A DNA stretch of 64,000 nucleotides from an uncultured virus (IMG/VR IMGVR_UViG_3300037497_000123) (lineage: Duplodnaviria; Heunggongvirae; Uroviricota; Caudoviricetes). The stretch lies in the IMG/VR virus record IMGVR_UViG_3300037497_000123; one strand, 5' to 3'. This document shows, one piece after another, positions 9,285 to 18,368 of this stretch. The notes under the pieces were generated by a model. The model made no database searches and was not told where the DNA came from. It worked only from the letters and a program-made list of their open reading frames with translations. The position numbers and the translations under genes were made by a program. Positions within the stretch are counted from its first letter, which is position 1, and each line of letters starts with the position of its first letter.

Positions 9285-9368
9285 AACGAACGCCGATGGT
9301 CCCGGTGCTCGCATTGAACGGTCGGTGCCTTCGATGACTCCCAGTGGAGTGAAAGCGGGATTGACCTG

Positions 9369-9650
9369 GTGGGCATGCCAATGCAACAGCTTCTCCGCTC
9401 CCGTGGGGACGTGGGCATGAACCCCTGGGGCTGGGTCCTGGTGGTGGTGGGTGTTGTCATCGCCACGGTGGTGGGGGTGGTGTCCATGACAATGATCAGC
9501 ACTGCTGCGTGGTTGCAGCGCCGCCGTGGGCATCGCGCACCGGAGCCATTCGATTGGCGCAAGGAGGATGCTTCGGAGGAGTCCGCTGGAACGGCTGCCA
9601 CACCAAAAGCAGTTCCCTCGATATGTCCCTGCTGTGGGCAAGAGACATGA
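9369..9650 (+). CDS. small membrane protein (start possibly 9417)
   Basis: Long hydrophobic stretch; C-terminal CPCC. Confidence 0.5.
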   Translation: MGMPMQQLLRSRGDVGMNPWGWVLVVVGVVIATVVGVVSMTMISTAAWLQRRRGHRAPEPFDWRKEDASEESAGTAATPKAVPSICPCCGQET

Positions 9651-10675
9651 CTGTTCCTTCCCCTGATGAACATCGAGACCGGCGCGACGTGCCCCGAGTC
9701 TTAGTTACGGGCGGGGCAGGCTTTCTCGGGAGTCATGTCGCGCGCCATTGTCTTGAGCTGGGCATGGAGGTCGCGGTCTTAGATGACCTCTCTGGCGGGT
9801 TCGAAGACCAGGTGCCGGCGGGCGCGATCTTCCACCAAGCGTCCATTTGTGACGTCGAGTACGTCAAGGTCTTGTTCGATGTTGGAAAGTTTGACTACGT
9901 GTATCATCTAGCGGCTTATGCCGCTGAAGGCTTGAGTCACTTTGTTCGTCGGTTCAACTACGAGAACAACGTGATTGGATCAGTGAACCTGATCAACGAA
10001 GCGGTGCGACACGATGTGCGCCGGTTTGTTTTTACCAGTTCCATTGCCGTGTATGGTACCGCAAAGACCCCATTTCAGGAATCGTACACACCGGCGCCCG
10101 AAGATCCCTATGGGATTGCCAAGTACGCGGTGGAGATGGACCTACGAGCGGCCGCTGAAATGTTCGGGCTGGAGTACACGATTTTTCGGCCCCACAATAT
10201 CTATGGACCTCACCAAAATCTCGGGGATCGGTATCGCAATGTCGTCGGCATTTTCATGCGACAGGCGATGGCCGGTAAGCCGTTTTCTGTATTCGGGGAT
10301 GGTCGGCAACGCCGAGCATTTACCTACGTGTCCGATGTAGCACCCCACATTGCGCGGGCGGCGACGTTACCTACCGCACGCAATGAGATTTTCAACGTGG
10401 GTGGGGACACGGAATATTCGGTGCTTGAATTGGCGGACGCGGTGGCAAAAGAGTTCAACGTAGTTTCCCAGATTCAGCATCTCCCAGTTAGGCATGAGGT
10501 GCAGAACGCGTGGTCGGACCATACGAAGTTCCTGCAAGTATTTGATAGGAAACCCAAGGTGCCTCTTGCCACAGGACTTCGTCTCATGGCAGCCTGGGCG
10601 CGAAATACGGGAGTGCGTATGGAAGAGAAACGGTTGGTTGAGGTGATAAAAAATCTTCCCCCGAGCTGGCAATGA
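9647..10675 (+). CDS. NAD-dependent nucleotide-sugar epimerase/dehydratase
   Basis: VTGGAGFLG, HLAA, TSS.AVYG, YGIAK, RPHNIYGP. Confidence 0.95.
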   Translation: MTVPSPDEHRDRRDVPRVLVTGGAGFLGSHVARHCLELGMEVAVLDDLSGGFEDQVPAGAIFHQASICDVEYVKVLFDVGKFDYVYHLAAYAAEGLSHFVRRFNYENNVIGSVNLINEAVRHDVRRFVFTSSIAVYGTAKTPFQESYTPAPEDPYGIAKYAVEMDLRAAAEMFGLEYTIFRPHNIYGPHQNLGDRYRNVVGIFMRQAMAGKPFSVFGDGRQRRAFTYVSDVAPHIARAATLPTARNEIFNVGGDTEYSVLELADAVAKEFNVVSQIQHLPVRHEVQNAWSDHTKFLQVFDRKPKVPLATGLRLMAAWARNTGVRMEEKRLVEVIKNLPPSWQ

Positions 10676-11214
10676 GCCTTCGGTTACACCTTGGGTGCGG
10701 TCCCAAGATACTGCCCGGTTGGGTGAACATCGACCCGTTCGTGGACCACCCGAACGTGTACGCGTTCGACCCGTTGAATCTGCCCTTTCGCGATGGTGTT
10801 GTGGACGAGATTCTATCGGAACATGTGTTTGAGCATTTTGGATTTGCCGAGGAAGAGCGGCTCTTTCGAGAGTGTTTTCGAGTTCTCAAGCCCGGCGGTA
10901 CGCTTTTGATTGAAGTCCCAGACCTTGAATGGATTTGCCGAACCTTTCTCGCGGCAGGGGAACGATTTCCGGCGTTCTACAAGGTGGGGTCCCTCGATCA
11001 TTACTTTGGCAACGGCCGGACGTTTGATCATCGGTGGAGCATCTTGCTCACCATGTTCTATGGCAACCAAAATGGTGGGGGCCAGTTCCATCGGAATGGG
11101 TATACCCAAGGGAAACTCGAGGCCATTTCCGAGATCGTGGGGTTTGTGAACGTCGAAATCAAATCGATCTTTAACAAGGGTGGCCAGGCATTGCGGGCCA
11201 CGTTTACGCGATGA
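10672..11214 (+). CDS. class I SAM-dependent methyltransferase
   Basis: LHLGCG, HVFEH, RVLKPGG. Confidence 0.9.
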   Translation: MSLRLHLGCGPKILPGWVNIDPFVDHPNVYAFDPLNLPFRDGVVDEILSEHVFEHFGFAEEERLFRECFRVLKPGGTLLIEVPDLEWICRTFLAAGERFPAFYKVGSLDHYFGNGRTFDHRWSILLTMFYGNQNGGGQFHRNGYTQGKLEAISEIVGFVNVEIKSIFNKGGQALRATFTR

Positions 11215-11245
11215 AAATCAAACGAGTGCTAACTTCGAGTTTGGA

Positions 11246-12028
11246 ATGATTTCCGCTGTCATGAGTACGATCGGGGGTCGATTTGTGTTAGATGCCCTCG
11301 ATTCCATGCCGATGTTCTCGGAGTGTCTCGTGGTTGTGGACATGGTCGGTCGGGCGGCGTCAGACCTCGAAACGACGTACCCGCTGGGAGATCTTGAACG
11401 GGACGTGGTGGCTCGTGGTGCTCAAGTGGTTCGCTACGAGCCGGCGCCAGCGCAGTGGGCGGTGCACAATGGGTCCTACAATCTGGGAGCACGACTGGCG
11501 AAGCATCCATGGATTCTGTTTGCACACGATGATGTGACGTGGCCGAACAAACACCACGTGGTGTTGGAGGCGACGATTCCTCGGGTAGCAGAACTAAGTC
11601 ATACGTATGGGCGGCGAATTGTGGGAATCGAATTTCCCTGTTGGGAACAAAATGCCGTCATGGTGCCCGAGTTTCCCACGGGAACTCTCGCGTTGACGCA
11701 GGGCATGCAACCCGCCGCCTTTCTCTTGGAAAAAGCCGCGTTGGAAGAGATTGGGGGGTTTGATGAAGCCGGCGTGTGGTATGACGGCCAGCTTGAGCAC
11801 GAAATGATTCTGCGCAATTGGTGGTGGTTGCATTTGCCTTTACCCCCAGTGCATCATCAGTCCAATCGTACCTACCAGATCAACAACTGGGGTGGGGGCT
11901 GGAAGGCAAATCCTGTGTGGGCGAGTCATCCAGAGAACTTTCAGCGGAAATATGGTGTTCCGCCGGCGCCACGGAGGCTATCTCTGGCAGAGGCCATTGT
12001 ACTAGATGCTCGCGGAGATTTGGAATGA
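11246..12028 (+). CDS. GT2-like glycosyltransferase
   Basis: SYNLGA..AK.PWILFAHDDV (DxD-like), ALEEIGGFDE. Confidence 0.8.
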   Translation: MISAVMSTIGGRFVLDALDSMPMFSECLVVVDMVGRAASDLETTYPLGDLERDVVARGAQVVRYEPAPAQWAVHNGSYNLGARLAKHPWILFAHDDVTWPNKHHVVLEATIPRVAELSHTYGRRIVGIEFPCWEQNAVMVPEFPTGTLALTQGMQPAAFLLEKAALEEIGGFDEAGVWYDGQLEHEMILRNWWWLHLPLPPVHHQSNRTYQINNWGGGWKANPVWASHPENFQRKYGVPPAPRRLSLAEAIVLDARGDLE

Positions 12029-12486
12029 TTGCGGTAATTCTCGATGAGAACGAGTTGATTTACTGGGGGGCTCTCGGCGCCCGGCGCCACGCAGAAGCGC
12101 TTGCGCGGGGGCTTCCGGATCGCCACGGCGCCAAACAGTCCTGGGATTTGCACATTGAGGGTGCGATGGGGGAGGCAGCGGCCGCAAAAGCCCTTGATCG
12201 GTATCTGTCGCCCACCTCCCTCACCTTCCGATCACGCGCGGATGTAGGCGAGGTCGAAGTGCGAACGCGAGGGTTCGATAAGGACGGGCGAGACACCTAT
12301 GAATTGATTGTGCGGAAGGATGACAAGGACGACGCCCGCTTCATTCTCGTGACCGGTCGAGCACCCAAGTTCGATGTCCATGGGTTCATTCTTGGCCGGG
12401 ATGCAAAACGCCCCGAATGGCTCAAAGGACATGGGGGCAGGGAACAGGCCTATTTTGTCCCGCGATCTGCATTGACCTCTCTATGA
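12025..12486 (+). CDS. PD-(D/E)xK-fold putative nuclease
   Basis: GAMGE.AAA...ADVGEVEVRT motif common in phage nuclease-like proteins. Confidence 0.6.
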   Translation: MIAVILDENELIYWGALGARRHAEALARGLPDRHGAKQSWDLHIEGAMGEAAAAKALDRYLSPTSLTFRSRADVGEVEVRTRGFDKDGRDTYELIVRKDDKDDARFILVTGRAPKFDVHGFILGRDAKRPEWLKGHGGREQAYFVPRSALTSL

Positions 12487-12503
12487 ACGTGGCGCTTTTG
12501 AGT

Positions 12504-12532
12504 GTTATAATGAGCTGCGGTGGAGCGTCTCT
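12504..12532 (+). promoter_or_regulatory. class 1 promoter-like motif
   Basis: GTTATAA-N15-CGTCTCT. Confidence 0.7.
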
Positions 12533-12607
12533 CTAGTAGAGTGGGTGACTTGGGAAGGTTGTCGGGGAGTATGGAGGCACCCACTCGCTCCCCCGAACTA
12601 GGATACT

Positions 12608-12871
12608 GTGGCTCGATACAAATCAACATTCGGTCCGCGTGGATTGCCATGCGTGAAAGCGGCAAAAAATCGGTTGTACAAGGATCCCTACACGGGCGGT
12701 ACCGGTCGCTGTGGGGAATGTCGGCCGTGCTGGCGGTTGTTTGTCTGGCAGTGCCGGGAGGTCGGGGTACCACTTCCAAAGCTTAGTGCTCAGGGATTTG
12801 CCGGCTTCCGATTCATGAAACTCGCCTATGACTCTACAGCGGGAGCAAATGACGCTACGGCTGCTAGCTAG
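12608..12871 (+). CDS. hypothetical Cys-rich protein
   Basis: AGGA + GTG; CGECRPC. Confidence 0.45.
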   Translation: MARYKSTFGPRGLPCVKAAKNRLYKDPYTGGTGRCGECRPCWRLFVWQCREVGVPLPKLSAQGFAGFRFMKLAYDSTAGANDATAAS

Positions 12872-13010
12872 GATTGCCCTGTTTGTGGTGATCCTAGTGG
12901 GGTGTGTTGCCATGGGGGTGGTGGGGTTGCTGCTTGCCTGGCCGCAAGTGGTGATCTTGGCAGTTGCCACTATGGTGGCGACCGTGCTGGGGAGGCGTCG
13001 TTTTGCGTGA
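12849..13010 (+). CDS. small two-TM membrane protein
   Basis: GGGAG RBS; two hydrophobic segments. Confidence 0.5.
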   Translation: MTLRLLARIALFVVILVGCVAMGVVGLLLAWPQVVILAVATMVATVLGRRRFA

Positions 13011-13470
13011 AGCCTTTGGGGACCTTTGGGTGCTCAAGGGGGATCTTGTCTGCATTACTACGAACGGGGCTGTGAACAAGGGTGGAAACAACGTCATGGG
13101 AGCGGGGTGTGCCTTAGAAGCTCGTACACGCTATCCAGGGATTGAGCGCAAGATTGGGACGTCTCTGGCAACAGGCCGTCTTGCATTTTTGTATCTGGGA
13201 AGGTGCTATGACGTGTTTGGGATGGGGCGGGAACTGGCAGCGTTTCCCACGAAGTTCCATTGGAAAGGTAAGAGCGATTTGGCACTCATAGAACAAAGCG
13301 CTCGAGAACTCATGGAGTTTTTGTCAGGAGCCAAAACGTTTGAGCAGGTGTTGCTTCCACGACCGGGGTGCGGCCTAGGAGGATTGAACTGGAATACAGT
13401 GCAACCGCTATTGGCATCGATCTTGGATGACCGCGTGGTGGTTGTAGGATTTGAACGTGAGCAAGCCTGA
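13003..13470 (+). CDS. macrodomain protein (DarG/TARG1-like ADP-ribosyl hydrolase)
   Basis: GDL, TTN...VMGAG.A, FPTK.HW, LPRPGCGLGGLNW. Confidence 0.85.
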   Translation: MREAFGDLWVLKGDLVCITTNGAVNKGGNNVMGAGCALEARTRYPGIERKIGTSLATGRLAFLYLGRCYDVFGMGRELAAFPTKFHWKGKSDLALIEQSARELMEFLSGAKTFEQVLLPRPGCGLGGLNWNTVQPLLASILDDRVVVVGFEREQA

Positions 13471-14053
13471 TCTTCGGAGTCGGTGTGAATGGCACAAGGC
13501 TTTCTTACCCCCGATGCCTATTCCCGTTCGATTCAACGAGGCTGAACCCAGTGGAATGCCGGCGGGAGTGGTTCGAGATTGCATTGAGCACTACCTCAAG
13601 AACTTCTGGGCCTTGGCCAGTGTTGGGCAGGCACCGGCACTTACAGGGCGTGCGGGGTCGTGGAAGACCTATGGGGCTTGGTGTGTAGCGCGGTTTGCGT
13701 GGGAACAGTTGTTACCCACGGAGTTTGTGGAATGTGGGCCATTCTTCACCGAAGCGGATGCTCAGTTTTACTCCGGATCGTTGAAGAATTGTAAGCGGAT
13801 CTCCGAAGTGCCTTTCCTGGTGTTGGATGACTACACCCAAGTCAAGCCGGGGACCCGTGCAGTGGAATTGATGGCAAACGTTGTAGGGCAGCGGTTCTCC
13901 GCTAATCTTCCGACGTTGTTTACTGGAAATTTCGCGATCCGGGATGTGAGAGACCTAGCCCGAGTTGCTAACGAGTATCGACCAGATTTTGCTCGGCGCA
14001 TATGGCATGGTGCTGGGGGAGGGCAGCCTACAGGGTTGCTCATTGCAACGTGA
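13457..14053 (+). CDS. DnaC/IstB-like AAA+ helicase loader
   Basis: Walker A GRAGSWKT, Walker B FLVLDD, R...NLPTLFTGN. Confidence 0.8.
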   Translation: MSKPDLRSRCEWHKAFLPPMPIPVRFNEAEPSGMPAGVVRDCIEHYLKNFWALASVGQAPALTGRAGSWKTYGAWCVARFAWEQLLPTEFVECGPFFTEADAQFYSGSLKNCKRISEVPFLVLDDYTQVKPGTRAVELMANVVGQRFSANLPTLFTGNFAIRDVRDLARVANEYRPDFARRIWHGAGGGQPTGLLIAT

Positions 14054-14059
14054 GGGTAA

Positions 14060-14398
14060 ATGGAACAATCTTCTGTACTCGAGATCATGGTGACGGTGAA
14101 ATCGGACCGGGAAGTAGAGGTGCGTTGGTTGCGCCTGCTCGGCCGGCCAAATTCATCGGTGTATAAGGCCCTGCAAGAGACCCTTGATGAGATTGATGGG
14201 GTTGAGCTGGCGTATGTCGGTCGGTATTCTGCCCAAGTAATCGTGGCGGATCATGTGGCGTCGTCGGAAACGATCGCGGCGCAAGTAGAAGCGACGTTAA
14301 AGGATCCTGATAGTGAATTTCGCGCTGCCATGCGCTTCCATTTTGCGGAGCTGCGGGATCTCGTGGTGCACCAGCCCGGTCGCATCGTTAAGCTGTAA
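14060..14398 (+). CDS. hypothetical protein, possibly NifU/Nfu N-terminal-like
   Basis: L.EIDGV..AYVG.Y...V resembles Nfu_N. Confidence 0.4.
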   Translation: MEQSSVLEIMVTVKSDREVEVRWLRLLGRPNSSVYKALQETLDEIDGVELAYVGRYSAQVIVADHVASSETIAAQVEATLKDPDSEFRAAMRFHFAELRDLVVHQPGRIVKL

Positions 14399-14419
14399 CT
14401 CACGGAAATACCGTCATCT

Positions 14420-14444
14420 AGGCCGCCCAGAAGGCGGCCTTTTT
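14420..14444 (+). terminator. intrinsic terminator
   Basis: AGGCCGCC-CAGAA-GGCGGCCT-TTTT. Confidence 0.8.
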
Positions 14445-14481
14445 CGCGCCCAAGAGGGAGCTAGGGCGACATACTAGGTAG
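14445..14481 (+). promoter_or_regulatory. class 2 (late) promoter-like motif, degenerate copy
   Basis: CGCG...GCGACATACTAGGTAG directly before the ATG at 14482. Confidence 0.5.
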
Positions 14482-14976
14482 ATGCTCCGATTCTTCTTGC
14501 AGGAACGGCGCAACACTTGTGCCGTAGCGGCTGTTCGCAGTGTCCTCGCCAGCCAATTTGGTGCGTTGGTGAGTGAAGACCAGCTGCGATTCGCAGGCGA
14601 CGATGTGGTTTCCCCCATAATGCAGCATGGGGTGGATACGGAAACCATGCGTCGCATGGTGGCCGTGGCAGATCGTGCGATGAACGAAGGGACTACGTGG
14701 CGTGTGAGTACTCATCGTTGGGGGTCCATCACCGACATGGCTCAAGCCCTAGACAAAGGATTGTTACCGATTGCGAGTGTGCGACGAGGAAATGAATTAC
14801 ACACGGTAGTTGTGTTTTCCTTGCGCGTGGGTGCAATACGGTATTTTGATCCGCGAACTGATCTTCGGCCCTGGGTTAGTATGCGGGATTTTCGTAAAGA
14901 ATGGAAAGACCAGGATGGGCACACTTGGTTTGCTCTCATAACTGGCACTACACACCTGGTCAATCGACCGGACTAA
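14482..14976 (+). CDS. C39-like cysteine peptidase
   Basis: Q.....CAVAA, HTVVV, YFDP catalytic pattern. Confidence 0.75.
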   Translation: MLRFFLQERRNTCAVAAVRSVLASQFGALVSEDQLRFAGDDVVSPIMQHGVDTETMRRMVAVADRAMNEGTTWRVSTHRWGSITDMAQALDKGLLPIASVRRGNELHTVVVFSLRVGAIRYFDPRTDLRPWVSMRDFRKEWKDQDGHTWFALITGTTHLVNRPD

Positions 14977-14988
14977 TCAAGGAACAGA

Positions 14989-15279
14989 ATGCTTATCGGA
15001 TACAAGGGAAATGCATGGAATGCAGCGGCAGTTGGGGCCGCTGGAGTGTCTGCAGTGATCGATTTGGAAGATGCAACCAACGTCGACGTGACTGGTACCA
15101 CCAGTTCAGCTTCTACCATCACAATACAATTGAGCCCTGACGGGGGGACCTTCTACGACCACGGCACGACGATTTCCGCGAACGGGAGTTTCTACGGAAG
15201 CTATGCCGTTGGATCTCGGTTCATGCGGTTGAAGAGTGGAAGCGCGGTCACAATTACAGCGTCTGTGAACGGGAAGTAA
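14989..15279 (+). CDS. small beta-rich protein
   Basis: AAGGA RBS; ITIQLSPDG.TF and RFMRL jelly-roll-like motifs. Confidence 0.55.
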   Translation: MLIGYKGNAWNAAAVGAAGVSAVIDLEDATNVDVTGTTSSASTITIQLSPDGGTFYDHGTTISANGSFYGSYAVGSRFMRLKSGSAVTITASVNGK

Positions 15280-15581
15280 TGACGAAAGAACGAGCAACCG
15301 CCATGTTGCAAGCCATCGCGCTTCCTATCGCGTCGTTGCCCCAAAAATACAATGAGTGGTTGAACACTCTCAATAGCACCAACTTTCGTATTCAGTGGAC
15401 GATGGTGGTGACCTTGGGAACTGCCATTCGCTACTGGGCTTCGAATACGTGGGTGCCGGGCTATGAGTGGTTGGCGTTTCTTGCGGTAATGGCCGGAATC
15501 GATTCCTGGCAGTTCGGGAAGAAACGGGATACCCATCAATCACCACCAGCGGATCCACTACCGCCAAAGAGCACTCCATGA
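15279..15581 (+). CDS. holin-like membrane protein
   Basis: Two TM segments and charged C-terminus; directly upstream of putative lysin. Confidence 0.5.
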   Translation: MTKERATAMLQAIALPIASLPQKYNEWLNTLNSTNFRIQWTMVVTLGTAIRYWASNTWVPGYEWLAFLAVMAGIDSWQFGKKRDTHQSPPADPLPPKSTP

Positions 15582-16159
15582 CCGTTCCCGGAGCGGCGAT
15601 TCGACCGCGACAGGTGATCACACCCGTTCCGGACAATCATTTACGAGCCGTGGTTTCAATTCTGTTTCAGGTCACAGAGGCCGTGGTCGTGGTGGGAATT
15701 CGGGGCTACGTCAAGAACATTGCGGGAGCTGAGACTGGGAAGAATCTGCTCGGGGTATATGACGATGCCATCTGTATAATCACACCCACAACGAGTCATA
15801 CCTTTCTTGGGAATACGGATCCTTCTCGAACGATCCTGGAGCGGGCGGTGTTGCAACCCGGCAAGTACCGTTACACACGGGGAATTCATGGAGTCACCGG
15901 ACCCATAGAAAAGCGGCGGCCGGCGTGGGTACAAGCATCGGGAGTTACTATTCGACGATTTGATGCCTCTGGGGTTTTGGGTCCTGAACTCCCGCAACAA
16001 TGGATTGGGTGTAACATCCACGATGGATCGGTTACAACCACCGGCAGTGCAGGATGTCAAACCATCGTTCCTGAACAATGGCCGACGTTTGACTCTGTGT
16101 TGGAGGCCGCATTGAAAGCGGCGGCTCAGACCCAATTCTGGTATTTGTTGACTACCTAG
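15578..16159 (+). CDS. YkuD/L,D-transpeptidase-fold protein, putative endolysin
   Basis: GIRG, YDD, TDP, L.PG.Y, GCNIH.......GSAGCQ. Confidence 0.6.
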   Translation: MTVPGAAIRPRQVITPVPDNHLRAVVSILFQVTEAVVVVGIRGYVKNIAGAETGKNLLGVYDDAICIITPTTSHTFLGNTDPSRTILERAVLQPGKYRYTRGIHGVTGPIEKRRPAWVQASGVTIRRFDASGVLGPELPQQWIGCNIHDGSVTTTGSAGCQTIVPEQWPTFDSVLEAALKAAAQTQFWYLLTT

Positions 16160-16228
16160 TCGGTGATACCACCGATATGAGCCGTGCAGCAGCCCGGTGG
16201 CTAACCCCATCGGGCTGTTTGTTTTGGG

Positions 16229-16257
16229 GTTATGAAACAGCCTGTTGGGGCGTCTCT
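16229..16257 (+). promoter_or_regulatory. class 1 promoter-like motif
   Basis: GTTATGA-N15-CGTCTCT. Confidence 0.75.
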
Positions 16258-16264
16258 CCGATGG

Positions 16265-18352
16265 ATGCAGACAGGGGATGGGGTACTCAGCAAGTACATG
16301 GGGTTGTTCGCGGGGCGCACAGACCAGTATGCGGTCGGTGCGCCACGTCAGGATCAGCCATGGAAGTTTCGCTACTCAAAGCGAGAGGCCCCACTTACCC
16401 CAGAACTGTTTGAGCAACACCTGCGGGGCGACATCACCATTGGCGCCTATTGTGAGCGCGACGGGCAGGCTCGATGGTTTGCCCTGGACTTTGATCCTCC
16501 GAAGGATAATGACGACCACCCAGTAGAGGGTGGGTTTGACCAAGCGCTCAAGGATGCTCGGGCGGTCCAGCGTGGCCTGTTGCAAGGGGGGTTGCTCACG
16601 TACCTTGAGCGTTCCCGGTCAGGGAACGGGATTCATCTTTGGGGCTTTCTGGACGATTGGGTCGATGCCCGAGAGCTTGCACGTGTCGTGGATTCCTATG
16701 TCCCACCAGGATTGGAAACGTGGGACCGAGCGAAGCGGTATCCACCGCTTCGAGCGTCTGAGAACTCCGTACTGATTTGTCTGCCGTATGCGGGGGAAGC
16801 AGTGGAACGCGGGAACTCGATGTTCCTGCAAGTAACGGATCCCACTTCCGACGGGGTTGTTGTTGTTGAAGCGCTTCCCTTGGAAAGTGTGTTTGATCGA
16901 ATTATGATCAACCCTTCCGGAGTTATTCGGGAAGTAGCGGCCAAGCTTTTGAAAGAGCGGCCGCTGGGAGAACGGGTTGGTGAATTGGGGGCTGGGTCCA
17001 AGATCACCACCATCAACGAATGGGACGGTCGGCCCACCAAACTTGGGACGGGCATCGTCAAGATGCTGTCGCCGTTTGGGTGTGGATTCATGCGTGGTGT
17101 GTGGCTTAATCGCCATGATCCCAAGCTTGTTCGAGAGCCAGAGTGGTATGCTTTTTTGGGGCAACTCTCCGCGTTCAAGCTGGGACGAGAAGCGGCTCAT
17201 TCGTTGTTCTCGGACCACAAGTACTATGATCCCGTAGGCATGAATGGGAAGTATGATCATGCGACTGCCAATCCGCCGGTAGGCTGTGCCAAAATCCACG
17301 AGGATTTTCCGCAGTTCAAGTGCAAGGGGTGCCCACTAACCGCTCCCTATCGGAAAGGATATCTAACCATTCCGGAACTCTGTGGGGAATCTCCCCAGGA
17401 GTTGGAACGGGCACTTTACAAAAGAGATCTCGAACGTATCCGACGCTTGGATGCGTCAGACTCTCCAGAAGGGATCTCCTTGGGAATGCCCGGTACTGAT
17501 CCGTATCTTCGGCTTCGTCCGGGAGATTTTGCGGCATTCGGTGCACAACCATCGATCGGAAAGACGGCAGCGGCAGTGCACATTGCCAACACGGTGGCCC
17601 CCACGGGAGTGGATGTGTGTTGGTTCAGTGCTGAATCGGGTGAGGTGTCATTTCACAACCGGCAGATTGCACATCGAGCGAACGTGGATAGCTATGCGTT
17701 CACCGGCATGCGGATTCATCACGGGGCAAAGCTTCGACTATCCCCCGAAGAGTTTGCGCGGGTGGAAGAGGCGACGGATTGGTTAGAGCGGCAACCCATG
17801 TGGGAGAATTATACCACATCAAGTCCCGAACGGATTTATGATGCAGTCGAAGCGATGTTGTGCAAGCGGGGTAAGTCGTTTACTGCGCCGGCACTCATCA
17901 TGTTCGACTATTTCCAATATGCACAAGGGGGCGACCAGTTCAAGCCCGGCGAAGAGCATGTTCGATTAGCACGGGCATCCTTTGCGCTCAAGAGCATCAC
18001 GAAAATCATTGAACACCCACTCCTGACATTTGCCCAGCTCATTCGGGAATCGGAAGGCAACGACGACCCCCAGATCAACTGGTGGCGTGGAACAGCCCGA
18101 CTTGAACACGATATTGACATAGGTCTGATCATGACGGGAGAGCGCATGCCGGGGTTGTATGCCCCTCGCGCACTAACCTGTGTCAAGAACCGGGAAGGAC
18201 AGGTTGGGTGGAAGTTGCAGATGCTTTTGGAACAAGCGGTATCTCGCTTCCAAGGCAGTGAACAGGCAAGCACCGCGAATACCCTCACGGCCGAGACACC
18301 GTGGCAAGGGGAGGGCGGACAACTCTCGATGGCCCCGCCTAGCGGCGAGTAA
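16265..18352 (+). CDS. primase-helicase fusion (AEP + PriL-like Cys domain + DnaB/SF4 helicase)
   Basis: ALDFD, RSRSGNGIHLW; four-Cys segment; GAQPSIGKT, FDYFQ, AQL.R, KNREG. Start moved downstream of the promoter motif. Confidence 0.85.
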   Translation: MQTGDGVLSKYMGLFAGRTDQYAVGAPRQDQPWKFRYSKREAPLTPELFEQHLRGDITIGAYCERDGQARWFALDFDPPKDNDDHPVEGGFDQALKDARAVQRGLLQGGLLTYLERSRSGNGIHLWGFLDDWVDARELARVVDSYVPPGLETWDRAKRYPPLRASENSVLICLPYAGEAVERGNSMFLQVTDPTSDGVVVVEALPLESVFDRIMINPSGVIREVAAKLLKERPLGERVGELGAGSKITTINEWDGRPTKLGTGIVKMLSPFGCGFMRGVWLNRHDPKLVREPEWYAFLGQLSAFKLGREAAHSLFSDHKYYDPVGMNGKYDHATANPPVGCAKIHEDFPQFKCKGCPLTAPYRKGYLTIPELCGESPQELERALYKRDLERIRRLDASDSPEGISLGMPGTDPYLRLRPGDFAAFGAQPSIGKTAAAVHIANTVAPTGVDVCWFSAESGEVSFHNRQIAHRANVDSYAFTGMRIHHGAKLRLSPEEFARVEEATDWLERQPMWENYTTSSPERIYDAVEAMLCKRGKSFTAPALIMFDYFQYAQGGDQFKPGEEHVRLARASFALKSITKIIEHPLLTFAQLIRESEGNDDPQINWWRGTARLEHDIDIGLIMTGERMPGLYAPRALTCVKNREGQVGWKLQMLLEQAVSRFQGSEQASTANTLTAETPWQGEGGQLSMAPPSGE

Positions 18353-18368
18353 CCCTTTTCCCCACGAC

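Noticed and set aside
13138..13166. Additional CGTCTCT as a class 1 promoter
   Set aside because: Inside a gene and lacks the upstream GTKATRA element
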